From the NCBI RefSeq assembly GCF_036971445.1, contig NC_091473.1, positions 206,150,001 through 206,214,000 of the forward strand: 64,000 bases of DNA, given 5' to 3'. Made by a program: the position numbers and the translations under genes. Positions 26,966-39,787 of the stretch are shown piece by piece. Under the pieces are notes generated by a model, which saw nothing but the letters and a program-made list of their open reading frames with translations, had not been told where the DNA came from and searched no databases. The DNA is from Narcine bancroftii (taxonomy: Eukaryota). Each line of letters starts with the position of its first letter. Position 1 is the stretch's first letter.

Positions 26966-27563
26966 ATGTCCTTCTTCTGATCCATACTGATTATTATTCC
27001 GCGTGCTCCAGTAAGTGTTTGTTTTAATGGACCCTGTGGTTACCGTGGCTTCGGTGGTCGTCCACATCGCTCATTGTTTCCACATTTTATTTCCAGTTGC
27101 CAAAGGCGCAGATTGAAGTACCGAACAAGCGCCTGAGCTGTCTGCCGATGATTGCCAAACTGTAACATTGAATATCAGTAATCCTGCACATTATCTAGTT
27201 ATACTATATGCAGAAATATTCAGTATCCTGGACTTAAAAAGTAAAACCCGAAAGTCTGCAGACAGTGTTTGAAAGAAAAAAAACCCATAATTCTAAAGAA
27301 ACTCAAATGGTCAAACAGTGTAGTTTATCCAGCAAAGATTAAAGCAAAAAATACACAGTCAACGTTTCAGTCTTGAGTCCTGAATTAAGGGATGAAGACC
27401 GATATTCACTAAAAATGTTACCTTCTGGGTCAGGATACCGGTCACTTATGTTTACAGCCAAGTGTTCTGCTATGAATCGATTTTTTCCGTCTTTCTCTCA
27501 GCAGTGCATGTGTTCCATGAAGCACACACCACGGCAGAGAAGTAACAAATGTGAAGAAAATAA
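26966..27563 (+). pseudogene. TCR V pseudogene, family D, with about 160-bp insert (about 27233-27390) and degenerate 23-RSS
   Basis: ATG leader with TGA at codon 5, GTAAGT donor at 27011, acceptor TTCCAG ending 27096, ...CQTVTLNIS...IQYPG / RYSLKMLPSGSGYRSLMFTAKCSAMNR; CACACCA (27525) + 23 nt + AGAAAATAA. Confidence 0.75.
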
Positions 27564-29499
27564 AATCCGGAGGTTTGAGCGAGCACCCACGAGCGGCAGA
27601 AGTATTGCAAGTGTACGATGCAAAGCTTCTCATCTAAGGAGCAGATAATCAATATTCCCGACGTTCATCCCTTCATTTAAAGATGGTATCGGGAAGTTAC
27701 AATGAGTTTGCAAGAGCAGAACATTTGGAAATTAACTGCATCAACAAGTTATCTGATGCTGAATTTCATAGAAGATAGAGGTTTAAATGAGGATGGAGAT
27801 AAAAATGATGGTGCTGTCGAAGCTTCAGTAACAGCAGCGCTACTATGTTGGTGCGGACCCACGAAGAGCCGGAAGCTGAGACACAGCACTCTTGCGGGGT
27901 CAAACCCTCCAGATCAGTGCAGGCTTTGAATGGATCGTTGAAAGAGCCGACGGTGTGTTTATTTAAAATAGCGCAATAGCGGGGTCTGTGCCCATGATGG
28001 CGACGGGCATGATGTGCAGTCACCAGGGGTGCAGACTCCAGGGAGGCAGAAGAGTTTTTAATGGCCCCATAAACCGGCGCCTTTTGAGCAGGAGAAGCAG
28101 AGGAAATGTCCTACAGGATAGTGACCATGGTGGAGGATCATTGAGGTGTTCTGCGGTTGAAGGAAGCACATAAGCGGCACGGTTCCGCTGACTTGAGGCG
28201 AGGAACCCACAGAGGCTTTGTTTGGGTTGCTGGAGACAGCAGTCAAGGGCTTCGCACTAGGTTGTGAAATGCTGGAGATGGGGTTGAAATTGGTTGAAAA
28301 TTTACCAGGTATTGGAACCAGGATTCAAGAGGGGGATGAGTCCGCTGGAGGGTTCGGAATCACATTTGAGGTTTGGATCTGAATCACAGTTTGCCGATGC
28401 TTTGAACTGTAATCATGAACTGTGTTAAGCCTGCGGCATGAGATTGTTGCAATGCCTTCTGTTAAATTAGGTATCATGGAGAAAAATTATGCAAATAGAA
28501 TCTTCAAGCTAACCTGCACACCTCACCAAAAGTGCCCCACCCACACTGGTCCAATTTGTCAATCCTACTAATGAATTTGTCCGTCGAAATGTTTAATTAA
28601 ATTTGCAACAATACCACCCCAGTTACCCCATATGATAGCTTGCTCCATTCACCCACCACACATTGTTTATTATGTATTATGTGGCAGCGAATGCTGCAGT
28701 GCCGCTGGATGCGAATGCACGGACATTCGTATACTCCAAGGGAACTCTTTATTTCTTACCTTTCTTAATCAGGCTGTAATAGGTGTTTCAGGATGTTTTT
28801 GCCGATGACGAATCGGTCCGATTACAGAAGTCAACATCAATTTTGTGTAATACGACACTGTTTTATTCCGTGACGATAAATTTAACATTGAATTATCAAT
28901 CTTAACTCTTGAATTTATTGAATTGGATCCTAATAGGTGACTTTAATAAACCGTGTATTGTGGGTGAATGTGGGTGAATTTCCTCTGCTTTTCAATCAGG
29001 ATGAGCATCGAATTGCATCGCCCTGCATGTCCTATTGGTTTTGCGATCAGGAGAAAAATTGCCTTGATTTCTCTAATCCAGTCGTCTTGCTGATAATCGA
29101 ATCACAATGCAACAAATATTTTGGGGTACAACATTATTTGTGCCTGTTGTGAATTGCTTCGGAAATATATTGCAAACATTGCAAGAGAATTACCTATATT
29201 TCACACACACGCACGCGTGTACTCAATCACAGCGAGCGAGTGGTGGTTGGGGTGTGGTGGGGGGGGGGGGGAAAGAAGGAAAGAGTGAGAAATGTATGAT
29301 CTGGGATCAAGCACGCGGGAACGTGAATCGTATATCAGAAATTTGCTCATTTGTAAGTGGCAAGTAAATCAGAAAGAGATCCACTCATATTCTCGAGTCA
29401 AGCGAAGAATCTGTGCCTGATGAGTGTCGCATTATAAATACCAAATCCACAGCAGACACACAATGAAACCTATTCGCTCTTCCCCATTTGTTTCGAAAT

Positions 29500-29646
29500 C
29501 GCTCAACCCTCTCTGGTTGACGCTGAAAATGTCATTTGTGTTTCCCGGAGAGACCCTTTTTCAATGGATCTGCCGTGCCCCGTGTCTTCAGTTCAGTTCC
29601 AATCTGATCACAGGTTTTGTGTTTTGTTGCAGGGGACTTTGGCGAC
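29500..29646 (+). pseudogene. TCR V pseudogene, family A, leader/intron/first codons (split by Gypsy element)
   Basis: ..PLWLTLKMSFVFP-G leader with donor mutated to GA, acceptor TTGTTGCAG, then GG GAC TTT GGC GAC matching the start of the intact V exon. Confidence 0.75.
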
Positions 29647-32600
29647 GGTTTGCTATTGCGTAGTTAATTATGCGTCGAGTAGGTTGGTGAGGTAAACCAA
29701 ACAAATTACCTTACTGAACACAATGAAACATGCTACACAAGGTAGAGAGGGGAAGAGAGATCCCACGGCGTGGCGTCTGCTCCCTGCCAATATTAAATTC
29801 AAATAATGCGCCCACGTGGAGATCGCACATGCGCAGCATGCTGTTGCAAGTACGATGGCTGCAATGCAGTTGTAGTGGGTGCAGAGAAGCTGATGACAGC
29901 GGCTATCTACGTCACGGACATGTCACAGTGAATATGTATACTTTCCACTAGTGCATTCAAGCTATTTACATTCAACCCAGTTCAGTCCTGGTATTTTGGG
30001 TTGGGCTTACAGGCACGACCAGCGTATGTTTTGTAATTGCCTTCCGATTATATGGATAGTTAGGGCAATTTGTCCTGATTGTGTCTGCTGTCCATAGGTT
30101 GAGGGCAATGCCCATCACCTCTCCTGTTGTTACGGGGGGGGGGGGGGCTCTTGTCTATCCAGGGCCCATGTTTCAACTCCAAACTTGCCGATATGTCTTG
30201 GTTGTTTTGAGATGGAGTGGCTCTTCAAGTGGGATGAAGCGTCATCTGTTCTTCATGTATATCCGGAAGAAGCAAGTATGACTTGTGTTGTGCCAGCTAA
30301 TTTAAATGATACCCAGGTGGTCGTAACATTCTTTTATAGTAACCATTATTTGTGCTAGCCTTCTGTTTATAAGCTTGTCCTTGATGTCTTTCGGGTTCTT
30401 TGATTGGGCCCCAAGAAGTCTCCTTGCCACTGGTAGAGTAGTCTTATACGGCCTGGACATTTACCAGTGCACTGGAGAGTCCATGGTAGAGTTGCACGCA
30501 TGTTCCTTAAGTTTAGTCGGGTGAGGAAAATGTCTGTCTTCTCTTTCTGGAAATTTTCCATTAGATGCCTGGCACTGCTCACCGCACTTCGTTCCAGTCC
30601 ATTTGATTATATGAACTCTAGGCTGCTGGTGATCTGGATGAAGTCTCATTCTGTCGCCAAATTGCGAAACATCTAAGATGTGGACTGTCTACCGTTGTCC
30701 GAGAGAAGTGTGTGAGCTGCCACGTGTACCAAAAAAATCAATTTTAATTTGGTGATGACAGCCACAGAGGTTGAGATCTGGAGCAGGTCTATATCAAACC
30801 AGTCTGAGTATGTGTCTATTGGTATTAGGTACTGTTGTCCTCCGCCATTCAAAATGTAGGAATCCTCGGTCGACCAGGGAAGGTCGGGTACCGGGTATAA
30901 CTGCAATGGCTTTTTCTGCTGGTGTGGCTTGGGACTGTTGAACACCGAGCAGGACTATACCTCTTCATCTATATTCTCTGCCATACCTGGCCAGAAGTAA
31001 ATGTTCCTTATTCTGCGTTTCATTGTTTCGGCGCCAGGTTGCCCTCTGTGCTAGATCTCCACATACGTGTTCTGCAGTGTTCTGGGGATGCCTGCCCTAT
31101 GTCCCTTCAGGATTACCCCTTCATCAATATGCAGTTCGTTGCTCTAAGGAATGAAAGGATGCACAGCTGGTGGCCGGCTGCACTGCTTGGCTGGCCAGCT
31201 GCACTTAATGAAGATAACCATTGTAGTAAGGGTTCCATTTTCTGCCGTGTGCTTTCTTACTTCATCCATCCTGGCTGAGGAAAGATGGGTTCATTCATCA
31301 CGTGGAAACTGTCCTCTTCCACGACCAGCTGGACCTGGTATTTTCAAGTGCCCGTGATAAGGCATCGGCTAAATGCATTTCTTGCAGCATTTGTGTACGA
31401 GGGTAATAGGGTATTTCTTGAGCCTGAGCTCATACCCAGGAGTTTCTCCGGCGCTGCGTGAATTGGCTTGTTTACTGTGGTCACCAGAGGTAAGTGGTTG
31501 GTTTCTGTTGTGACTGGCCTGCCATCGACATAATCATTCATTTTCGAGCAATCTAAAACTATGGCCAGTAGCTCGTTGTCAAGTGAGCAGACCTCGTTTC
31601 CATGTCTGTACGTGGCCGAGAAGAGTACTACTGGTTTTCCGTCCTGCATTCATGCCTCCATTGGCAGTACTGTGAGATAAGGCAGGTCAGCATCAACAGT
31701 CTACGTACGCCATGTTAGGAGAGGACTGGAGGGAACCTCATGTGTTTCTTTATGGCATTGAAGGCATTTTGTTTTTGTTCGTGCCAGGTCTATTCAACGT
31801 CTCTACAGGTCAACTGTTTAAGGGGGGCTGCAAATACACTGAAGTTTGAGATGCCTACAGGCCATTGCTGGTGAACATGCTGCCCAGATAGCTGTGTTAA
31901 TTTATAAATAACCTGTAGAGGTTGAGCCACAGGTTTACATACACAGTCTGGTCCAACACCTTTCTGCGGTTGGCGTCATGTTTTTCTTGTTGAATATGAT
32001 GGATCACGGGTACTTTTGGAATACCTCGCAAGTCGACCTGATGCGAACTAGCATTCTGAAGAAACTGTACCGACCAAAAGCAGTGCTGAATGTGGTCAGT
32101 AGTGAACATCGGTAGTCGAGCAAGATGTGCCTGACGAGGTCTTGAACACCTAAGACCGAGAATACCTTTGCGCTGGCCATCCGTGCAGCAGGTTCGTCCA
32201 CGCCGTGCATGGAGCAATGTGTTTTTTTTTACAGAGCTCTTGCGGTTTTATACATATTCTCATCCTCTGTCTATCTTCCTTTGGTGGCTATCATGGAGGA
32301 GACCACTTGCTTGGCTCCTTGGCTGAAGTTATGAAGCCAAAGACCTGCATTCTGTCTACCTCAGCCTTGAATTTATCTTTCATTTTTACTTGAATGCGTT
32401 GCACCAGACTTACTACAGTTCTTACTTCTGTTTCCAGCCGCATGGAATACATCACTGGCAGCCAACAGAGCTCGTGAGTACAGTGAACGTTTCAAAACGT
32501 TTCTGTGAGATATCATACTTGGAGGGGATAATCTGATGGACCTATGTGCTCAATGAAACAAGCCCCATGTCGTAGTATGCACGGAGTCCTAGCAGAGTCA

Positions 32601-35600
32601 TGACATGCTCGCGGACCATGAAGGAGGTTAGCATGTGGATCCGTCCTTGTAACAAATATCGCAGACACATCGTGCAGCTGGTCTGGATTCTGCTGACTTC
32701 ATAAGCAATAGGCTGATACACGATGCATTGTTTGACTTGTTTTGTCTATCTCAGCCTGTTAAACGTCCTCAGTGACATGAAATTGCATTTCCCCAGTGTC
32801 GACTTTTATCTCAGCTGACGTGCCGTTGACTTCCATGGATCCGACGATCTCTGCTGGGTTGCCTGCCATCCTCGTGTAAGCCCATCAACGTCGTACTCAT
32901 CGTCGGTTTCGCTCTCTCTCTGCTCTGGTTTCAAGTGGTCGATGGTCCCTCCGGGTCTAGTCCATGCAGTGGTTTGCTTCCTGGATCTGCAGCACCAGCT
33001 GATATTGTTCCATTTGTCGCAGTTCCTGCAATACTGCCCGAACGCCGGACAGATCTCCCTTTTTAAAATGTGATCACGTCTGTAGTTTGAACATCTTGTC
33101 TTGAACGTAGGGTGGTCGGTCTAGATTGGCTGGCTCTTCCTTCTGACCTCATGCCACTCTCTCCTCGCCGGTTCTGTCTGTAACGTATCAATGCTTATGG
33201 CCTGGTGGAGGGATAAAATGGGAACCATTGGAGATCACGAGGTAGGCACCGTGAAAGCCAGAGGTGATGGGAGGAAATGTAAACTATTTTTTATTTAGTA
33301 ATCACCATGGAAAAGAATATTGTGCGAGATGTAGTGAAGAAATATGGTAGGGAGGTCATGGATAATGTTAGAATCAATGTGGAGGTAGTGTCAGCTATAG
33401 GGCAAAAAATCAAGGTGGATAAATCTCCAGGTCCTGAAAAATATTCCTCACGAACCTGAGGGATGTTAGTGAACAAATAGCGGTCGCGTTGACCGAAATA
33501 TTTAAAATATCACTGGCTATGGGGGAAGTGCCGGAGGATTGGAAAGTGGCTCATATTGTTCCACTGTTCAAAAAAGGATCGAAAAGTAAACCTGGTAATT
33601 ATAGGTCTGTACGTCGGACGTCAGCGGTGGGTAAATTAATAGAAATTGTTCTTAGAGACGGTACATATAACTACTTGGAAAGACAGGGATTGATTCGCTG
33701 TAGTCAGCATGGTTATGTTCATGGTACTTCATATCTAACAAAGCTTACAGAAGTTTTAGAGGAGGTTACTAAAATGGATGATGAGGCGAAGGCATTGGAT
33801 GTTGTCCTTTTGGACTACAGTAGGTTTTTGAAAAGGTTCCCCATACGAGATTAATAAAGAAGGTAGAAACATTAGGTATTAATTATGAAATAGTAAGATG
33901 GATTCAACAACGTTTGTATGGGAGGTGCCAGCATGTCGTGGTTGGAAATTGTTTTTGAATTGGAGGCCGGTGATGAGTGGAGTGCCTCAGGGGACGAGTG
34001 GAGTCCTCTGCTGTTTGTCATATATATTAACGATCGTGATGATAGGGTGGAAACTTGGCTTCGTAAATGTGCAGATGATACATAGGTTAGCGATATTTTG
34101 GACATCGATAAAGATTATCAAAGCTTACATGACGACATAGGACAGTTAGAAAAGTGGGTTGAAAAATAGCAGATGGAAGTTAACACTGATAAATGTGATG
34201 TGATATAATTTAGTCGGACTAATCAGAATAGGATATACACGTTAAATGATAGACAATTGAGAAGTGCAGTGGAGTAAAGCGATTTGGGAGTCATGGTACA
34301 TATTCTCTGAAAGCGATATCACATAGAGATAGGCTGGTGAAGAAGGCGTTTATCATATTGGCTTTCAAAAATCAGAGTATTGAACACAGATGTTGGGATG
34401 TTATGTTGAAATGTGTCAAGCATTGGTGAGGCTAAATTTGGAATAATGGGTGCAGGTTTGGTCGCCGAATCATAGGAAGAATATAAACAGTATAGAGAGA
34501 GTGCAGAGGGGGTTAACGAGAATGTTTCCAGGGTTTCATGGGTGGAGTTACAGGGAAAGGTTGAGCAGGTTGGGACTTTATTCCCTGGAGCATAGAAGAA
34601 TGAGGGGTGATTTAACAGAAATGTTCAAAATTATATGGGGGTAAGAAGGACTCAATGTGGATAGGCTTTTTCGATTGTGTGTGGGAAAGATTCAAACAGG
34701 AGGGCATGGATTGAGAGTAAAAGTGTATAAGTTTGTGGATAAATGAGGTGGAATCTCTTCAGGCAGAGCATAGTGGGGTATGAAATGAACTTCCAGCAGA
34801 GGTGGTAGAAGCGTGATCGTTTTTAATATTTAAGGATAAGTTGGATAACTATATGGACGGAAGAGGTGTGGAGGGTTGTGGGCCGAATGTGGGTTAGTGA
34901 AACGAGATGGGAAAAGATGTTCGGCACGGACGAGTAGGGCCGAACTGGCCTGTTTTTGTGCTGTAAATGGTTATATGGTTAAATGAATACATACTATTTT
35001 CCTCTGTAGTTTTTTACAGAAACATGCTGTGATGGCTTTTTCTAATGTCAGCTCACAGCCTTGCAGGAGCACCTTCTGCTTACTATCGTCGCAAATGCAA
35101 AAGACCATTCTGCCTTTAGTTACTTACAGATCGTGCCGAACTCGCAGGGTTTCGCCCAGATTTTAAAATCACAGATTTCTGAGTGTATGGACTTGCCATG
35201 CTTTTGATACCTTATGTTAAATTTGTGCCATTCCATTGTCATATTTTTTGACGGTTGGAAATTTATCTAATTTATGCTTTAAATACTCGGAAACTCACCC
35301 TGCAGGGGAATGGTTTCCATCACGCATTTGACTCACATACACATATGACCTTTCCTTTTCAATGGCCTATGTGCCCGCACAATTTAACACAATTTACGCT
35401 GTGGTACTGACAGGCTTGTCACTGCGTGCTACCAATATCTATATGTCATATTCCTGTTCACAAACTGTGCCAGTTATTTGCCACTGTTCAATCAAACATG
35501 ACTGGGCGGAGACGTCTTCATCCGTTAGCAATTATGGCGACTGTGCATTACGTGGTTATTCACTGCGGCTATGATTGGAAGCCTTCAGTCTTGGGATGCC

Positions 35601-35820
35601 TTTGTTCCCACTATGTTCGTTATTGCTTGATTAAAAACGAGTCCAGTCGGCTTGTGAGGCAAACCAGACATAAGACTTAACTAAACACAACCAAATATGC
35701 TAGACATGCCAATACGCAATTCAACTCACGCACCCTCACGTATGCGCAGTGTGCTGTTGCGAATACCGTGGCTGCAATTCGATTTGGGTGCAGAGCAATA
35801 GATAGCAGCGGCTGTCTCCA
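29647..35820 (-). mobile_element. Gypsy/Ty3-type LTR retrotransposon (decayed), LTRs about 29647-29911 and 35614-35820, TSD GCGAC
   Basis: Two diverged direct repeats; right LTR runs TG...CA; GCGAC at 29642-29646 and 35821-35825; integrase (PVPDLPWS..DTYSDW..TLLSDNG), RNase H (ELLAIV..ETNHLPL) and RT remnants. Confidence 0.85.
33210..34985 (+). mobile_element. CR1 LINE nested in the Gypsy element
   Basis: GEVPEDWKVAHIVPLFKKG..PGNYR, GVPQG, WSP..ERVQR; 3' end GGCCTGTTTTTGTGCTGTAAATGGTTATATGG. Confidence 0.88.
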
Positions 35821-36005
35821 GCGACGATTCAATTTCTCAGTCTCCATCTGAGGTGTGCCTGCCTTCTGTTACTTCAATCACCCTGGACATGCATTGAGAT
35901 ATTTACTAAAATAATAAGAACTCGGGTGAAGACCAGTCTTTGAATCTGCTTATCAGAAAATCAATTGGCCGTTTCCTTTAACTATCTCCGACGACCTTGT
36001 CTCTG
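35821..36005 (+). pseudogene. Continuation of the Gypsy-split family A V pseudogene
   Basis: GC GAC GAT TCA ATT TCT CAG TCT CCA TCT GAG, then GCCTTCTGTTACTTCAATCACCCTGGACATGC and TATCAGAAAA...CCTTTAACTATCTCC, colinear with the intact V apart from internal deletions. Confidence 0.8.
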
Positions 36006-37949
36006 CGGAATGTAGCCCTCTTTACGAGGAAATGTTTATGGTTTTGGGTCAGGAACCTGCATCAGTTATTAGAAAATGGAAGGGGCAGTGTTGCCATAAA
36101 GAGGCGAATGGATTTGGTGGAACAGGGTGTTATGGTTCTTGGATATACCATGTGTCGTTACTATGCAGATCGCAGCTCTCATCGAATGTGCTTAACACCT
36201 TATTTCAACACCATTTGCCATAGCACCTTGCGTACTCCACAACGTCAACCTTCACTTCACCAAACTACCGCTATGCAGAGTTTTATGCAGTTTTCTCTGG
36301 GGACATTGCTGTAGAATAATTGTTGAGCAGCATTTTTATACAAGCGCCTTACATATTGCTTCCAATCCACGGCTCGAGATAATTATTTCCGTCAGACCTT
36401 GCGGCCAAGTAACCCAATATAAATATGTCCGATTTTTAAAGTAAAACATCGCCTTGAGATCCTGTTGCCATAAATAGTGTAGAAATTTACAATCATAGAT
36501 ACAGGTCGTTGTTATTAAACCAGGATGATTCGAGGGATTTTATGCTCTCTGCCCCTTGACCACGGCAGAGGGCAGCGGGTGCTAGTAGCAGGTTGGGACA
36601 ATGCAAAGCATTGCAGACCATAGCATGCATCGAACATTTATTTTAGAACTTTGGAAAAATAAGGGACTGAAATCAATACATTAAGAGGCTCTGGTACGAA
36701 ACGTTGGTTTTGTTAGGATCGTGTGAGTTGAGGCATGATGTTTCGTTCGAGAAATGGTGGGATCGTAAAACAAATAATGAGATATCAATGGAAAAGAGAA
36801 GGTGAGATCTTGCGAGGGAGATACAGAGTCATAGAGACATATGAACAGAAGGAGCCGAGAAAATAGTCAACGGACATAAACGAAGAAAACATACAGACAT
36901 AAGAGCATGGAAACATTCCATAACTCTTAACGTAACCACGCCAATCAAAGTTTCCCACCCACACAAACCCAATTTGCAGTCGTATGTGCAATCAACTCAT
37001 TCAGCATCCTGTTCTACACATCCACCACACTCTACACTTTCTTACCATTCACTAACCTGTTAAATACCTTTTCCTTCAACCTGAAGGTGTGATTCCCAAT
37101 TTCCTTACTCTGAAGAAAAGACTGCATTTACCCTGATGTAGTCCTCTCCTGGTTACGTGTACAACTGGAAAACCTTGCCGACTGTCCTTGGTTAAAATTA
37201 ATAAAGGCATAGCCTCCTCAACCTCTCCATATAGCTCAGGCATCTGCGTCCTGGAAATATCCTGATAAAATATTATTTTCAACTTCTCCGTATTGGCAAC
37301 TTCTTTTCGATTACATGGTGAAAGAACCAGAGAACAACAATCCAAATAGTACCGCATTAACAACTCATAAAGCTGCAAAATTACCTTCCAACATCTCTAC
37401 TCCTTACTGTAACCGATTCAGGCAAATCGGCGAAGAGCCTTGTGACGAGCATATCTACCAGTGTAGTGATACTCTTTATGTTTACACCTCTGTCCGGCCA
37501 TATTTATCGGATTCCTGCCATTCATTCGATAGGTCATGACCACACTCGATATCCGACACACAACAGCTCACTTTTTTGAAATTAATTCCAACAACTATTC
37601 AACTTCCCACCAGCCAAATCTTTGAAGATTCGACCGCAAACTTTTTCAAACTTCTTCACAATCTAAAATGCCACACATCACGGTTTCATACGAAAATTAA
37701 ATACTCCTGCCACGAATATTTAAATCAAATCATTGTTATAGATGTCAAATTGGAATAGTCCCAACACGAAAGCCAACATACGAATTACATCCCCTGTGAG
37801 AGATTAGAAACTGTTATATCTAACAGCCAATTTCATACTGGAAGAACATCACTTGGAAATAATAATATTGGCTCTTTCTGAATTTTCACGGACGTATTTT
37901 ATGTGACAGGACACATAACAAATATTAGAGTCTATCCGGTTTGTGTCTG

Positions 37950-38408
37950 GAGTTAAACTTTGTTAGTAGCTCGTTGTCTCAATTTTAACCAGGGAGTTTA
38001 TTCTTAAACGCCCCATGTTGAAACCGTGATTTTGCTTTACTGCCAGCTACTGAAGATTGCACACTTTGATACCGGACCATATGGCTATGATTAAACGTCG
38101 CAGAATCATCTGAGTTGACGCCAGAAGTGGAAGGATCTGTAACAATTACTTTGAATTACACGACAGACCTTAGTCACGACTCTGTCATTTGGTACATCTG
38201 GTGATCCGAAGAATATATGAAGTACCTACCGAAGATATTCAAAACTGGATCAGCAGAGCAATTTATAGATTCTCCAGAGAGGTTTTTTGCTGTTTGTCGT
38301 CAGTAAATTTGGCTTTCTACTTCTTCTTTCTTGACTCTGAATCCGAGTGTTTCCATGTGCCATGAGATCCACACGGTGGCGGAGTATCAGCAGACACTTA
38401 TAAAGACC
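37950..38408 (+). pseudogene. TCR V pseudogene, family B, with degenerate 23-RSS
   Basis: ..EGSVTITLNYTTDLSHDSVIWYIW*SEEYMKYLPKIFKTGS..; TGTGCCATGAGA then CACACGG (38370) + 23 nt + ATAAAGACC (38400-38408). Confidence 0.78.
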
Positions 38409-38815
38409 AATACCAGGGATCTCTCACAAAAGGGCAAACGAATCCGATAAACGGAAGTGAGCAGATGCAGACAATTTTCTTAGTTATCAGCAAATGCATT
38501 TCAAATCATATTTGTTTCAAGGAGATGAGTCTCAATCCTTTCAATTTTCCCTTTAGGTAATAATTCCACCGCAATTTACAACTCACTCCACTTCCATACC
38601 TCGCACGAAACAATCAACACATTTCATCCGACGTTCGAACCTGGATGAGCATCGAATTGAATCTATCTGCATGTCCATTTTGTTTTGCCATCAGAAGGTA
38701 TATCCCTGATTCTTCGAATCATGTCACATTGTTGATATTAACAACATACTTTATGCCTGTTGTGAATCGCTGAGGAAGAGTGATGCAGCGGTTATGAGAA
38801 AAGAACATACATTTT

Positions 38816-38826
38816 ACACACGCACG

Positions 38827-38897
<71 letters not shown>

Positions 38898-38961
38898 ACA
38901 GCGAGACAGAGTGTGGCAGTGAAAAAGAGAGGCAGTGAGAGGGAGAGAGATAGATAGAGAG
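38816..38961. repeat. (CA)n followed by (GA)n microsatellite upstream of the intact V, running into an assembly gap
   Basis: Direct reading; equivalent tracts at about 44476-44631, 46721-47070 and 56275-56430. Confidence 0.95.
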
Positions 38962-39183
38962 NNNNNNNNNNNNNNNNNNNNNNNNNNNNNNNNNNNNNNN
39001 NNNNNNNNNNNNNNNNNNNNNNNNNNNNNNNNNNNNNNNNNNNNNNNNNNNNNNNNNNNNNNNNNNNNNNNNNNNNNNNNNNNNNNNNNGAAAATGCGTG
39101 AACATGGATCGGGTGCTGTGAAACACATAACGGATATTCAGATATTTCTTCTGTTTTAAGTGGCCAGCGATTAGGGTACCGCA

Positions 39184-39232
39184 GAACCGCCCATATTCTC
39201 GTGTCAAACAATAACCTGCGACTGATGCATAT
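39184..39232 (+). promoter_or_regulatory. Candidate V-gene promoter block
   Basis: GAACCGCCCATATTCTCGTGTCAAACAATAACCTGCG recurs about 100-130 nt upstream of each family-A leader (about 29378, 44756, 47170). It contains a CRE/AP-1-like half site (TGAC on the minus strand) and is followed by the octamer-like ATGCATAT at 39225. Confidence 0.35.
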
Positions 39233-39310
39233 AGCATCAGATATCAAATGCGCGGCATTTACAGCGGGAAATCTCTATGTTCTTTCCCGTTTGTTTTTGA
39301 AGCCCTCACC

Positions 39311-39748
39311 ATGTTCCCTCGATGGTTCACGCTGATTATAACGTCCTTGTTTCCTGGTAAGTCCCTGTTGAAATGAAGCTGTTGCGTCCTGTGACTGTGG
39401 TTCACTTTCACGATTATCAAAGTCTCCATGTTGTGTTGCAGGGGCCTTTGGCGACGAATCTATCTCCCAGTCTCCATTTGAGCTATGGTTGGAAGAAGGT
39501 CGAACAGTAACGCTGAACTGCAGCTACCCTTCAAAGTACAATGATTATAATGCCTTTTGGTACATCCAGTATCCTGGACATGCGCCGACATATGTACTAA
39601 AAATATTAAGCTCTGGGTTCAAAGACAAGGCTTCAGAATTCCGCGATCGCTTTTCTGTTACTTATCAGAAAACAAGCCGAATGGTTCCTTTAACTATCTC
39701 CACCGTCGTCGTCTCCGACTCGGCCGTGTATTTCTGCGCGATGTCACC
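39311..39748 (+). CDS. TRAV: T-cell receptor alpha/delta V gene segment, apparently intact (leader exon 39311-39356 + V exon 39442-39748)
   Basis: Kozak-like CACCATG; leader MFPRWFTLIITSLFP-G, phase-1 donor GTAAGT at 39357, acceptor TTGCAG ending 39441. Spliced product continues GAFGDESISQSPFELWLEEGRTVTLNCSYPSKYNDYNAFWYIQYPGHAPTYVLKILSSGFKDKASEFRDRFSVTYQKTSRMVPLTISTVVVSDSAVYFCAMSP with no stops and the Ig V-set hallmarks (TLNC, WY, DSAVYFC), followed immediately by a 23-RSS. Valpha versus Vdelta use cannot be decided from sequence; the symbol is family-level only. Confidence 0.9.
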
Positions 39749-39787
39749 CACATTGCGGCATAAAGGCAGAAAATCCGCTCAATAACA
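39749..39787 (+). promoter_or_regulatory. 23-bp-spacer recombination signal sequence (RSS) of the intact V
   Basis: Heptamer CACATTG (39749-39755), exactly 23-nt spacer, nonamer TCAATAACA (39779-39787; 6/9 to ACAAAAACC). Confidence 0.88.

Noticed and set aside
37950-39787. Paired B and A V segments as a NAR-TCR-like two-V cassette
   Set aside because: No D or J segment or 12-RSS was seen between the two V segments, and the downstream V has its own leader, unlike NAR-TCR supporting V segments.
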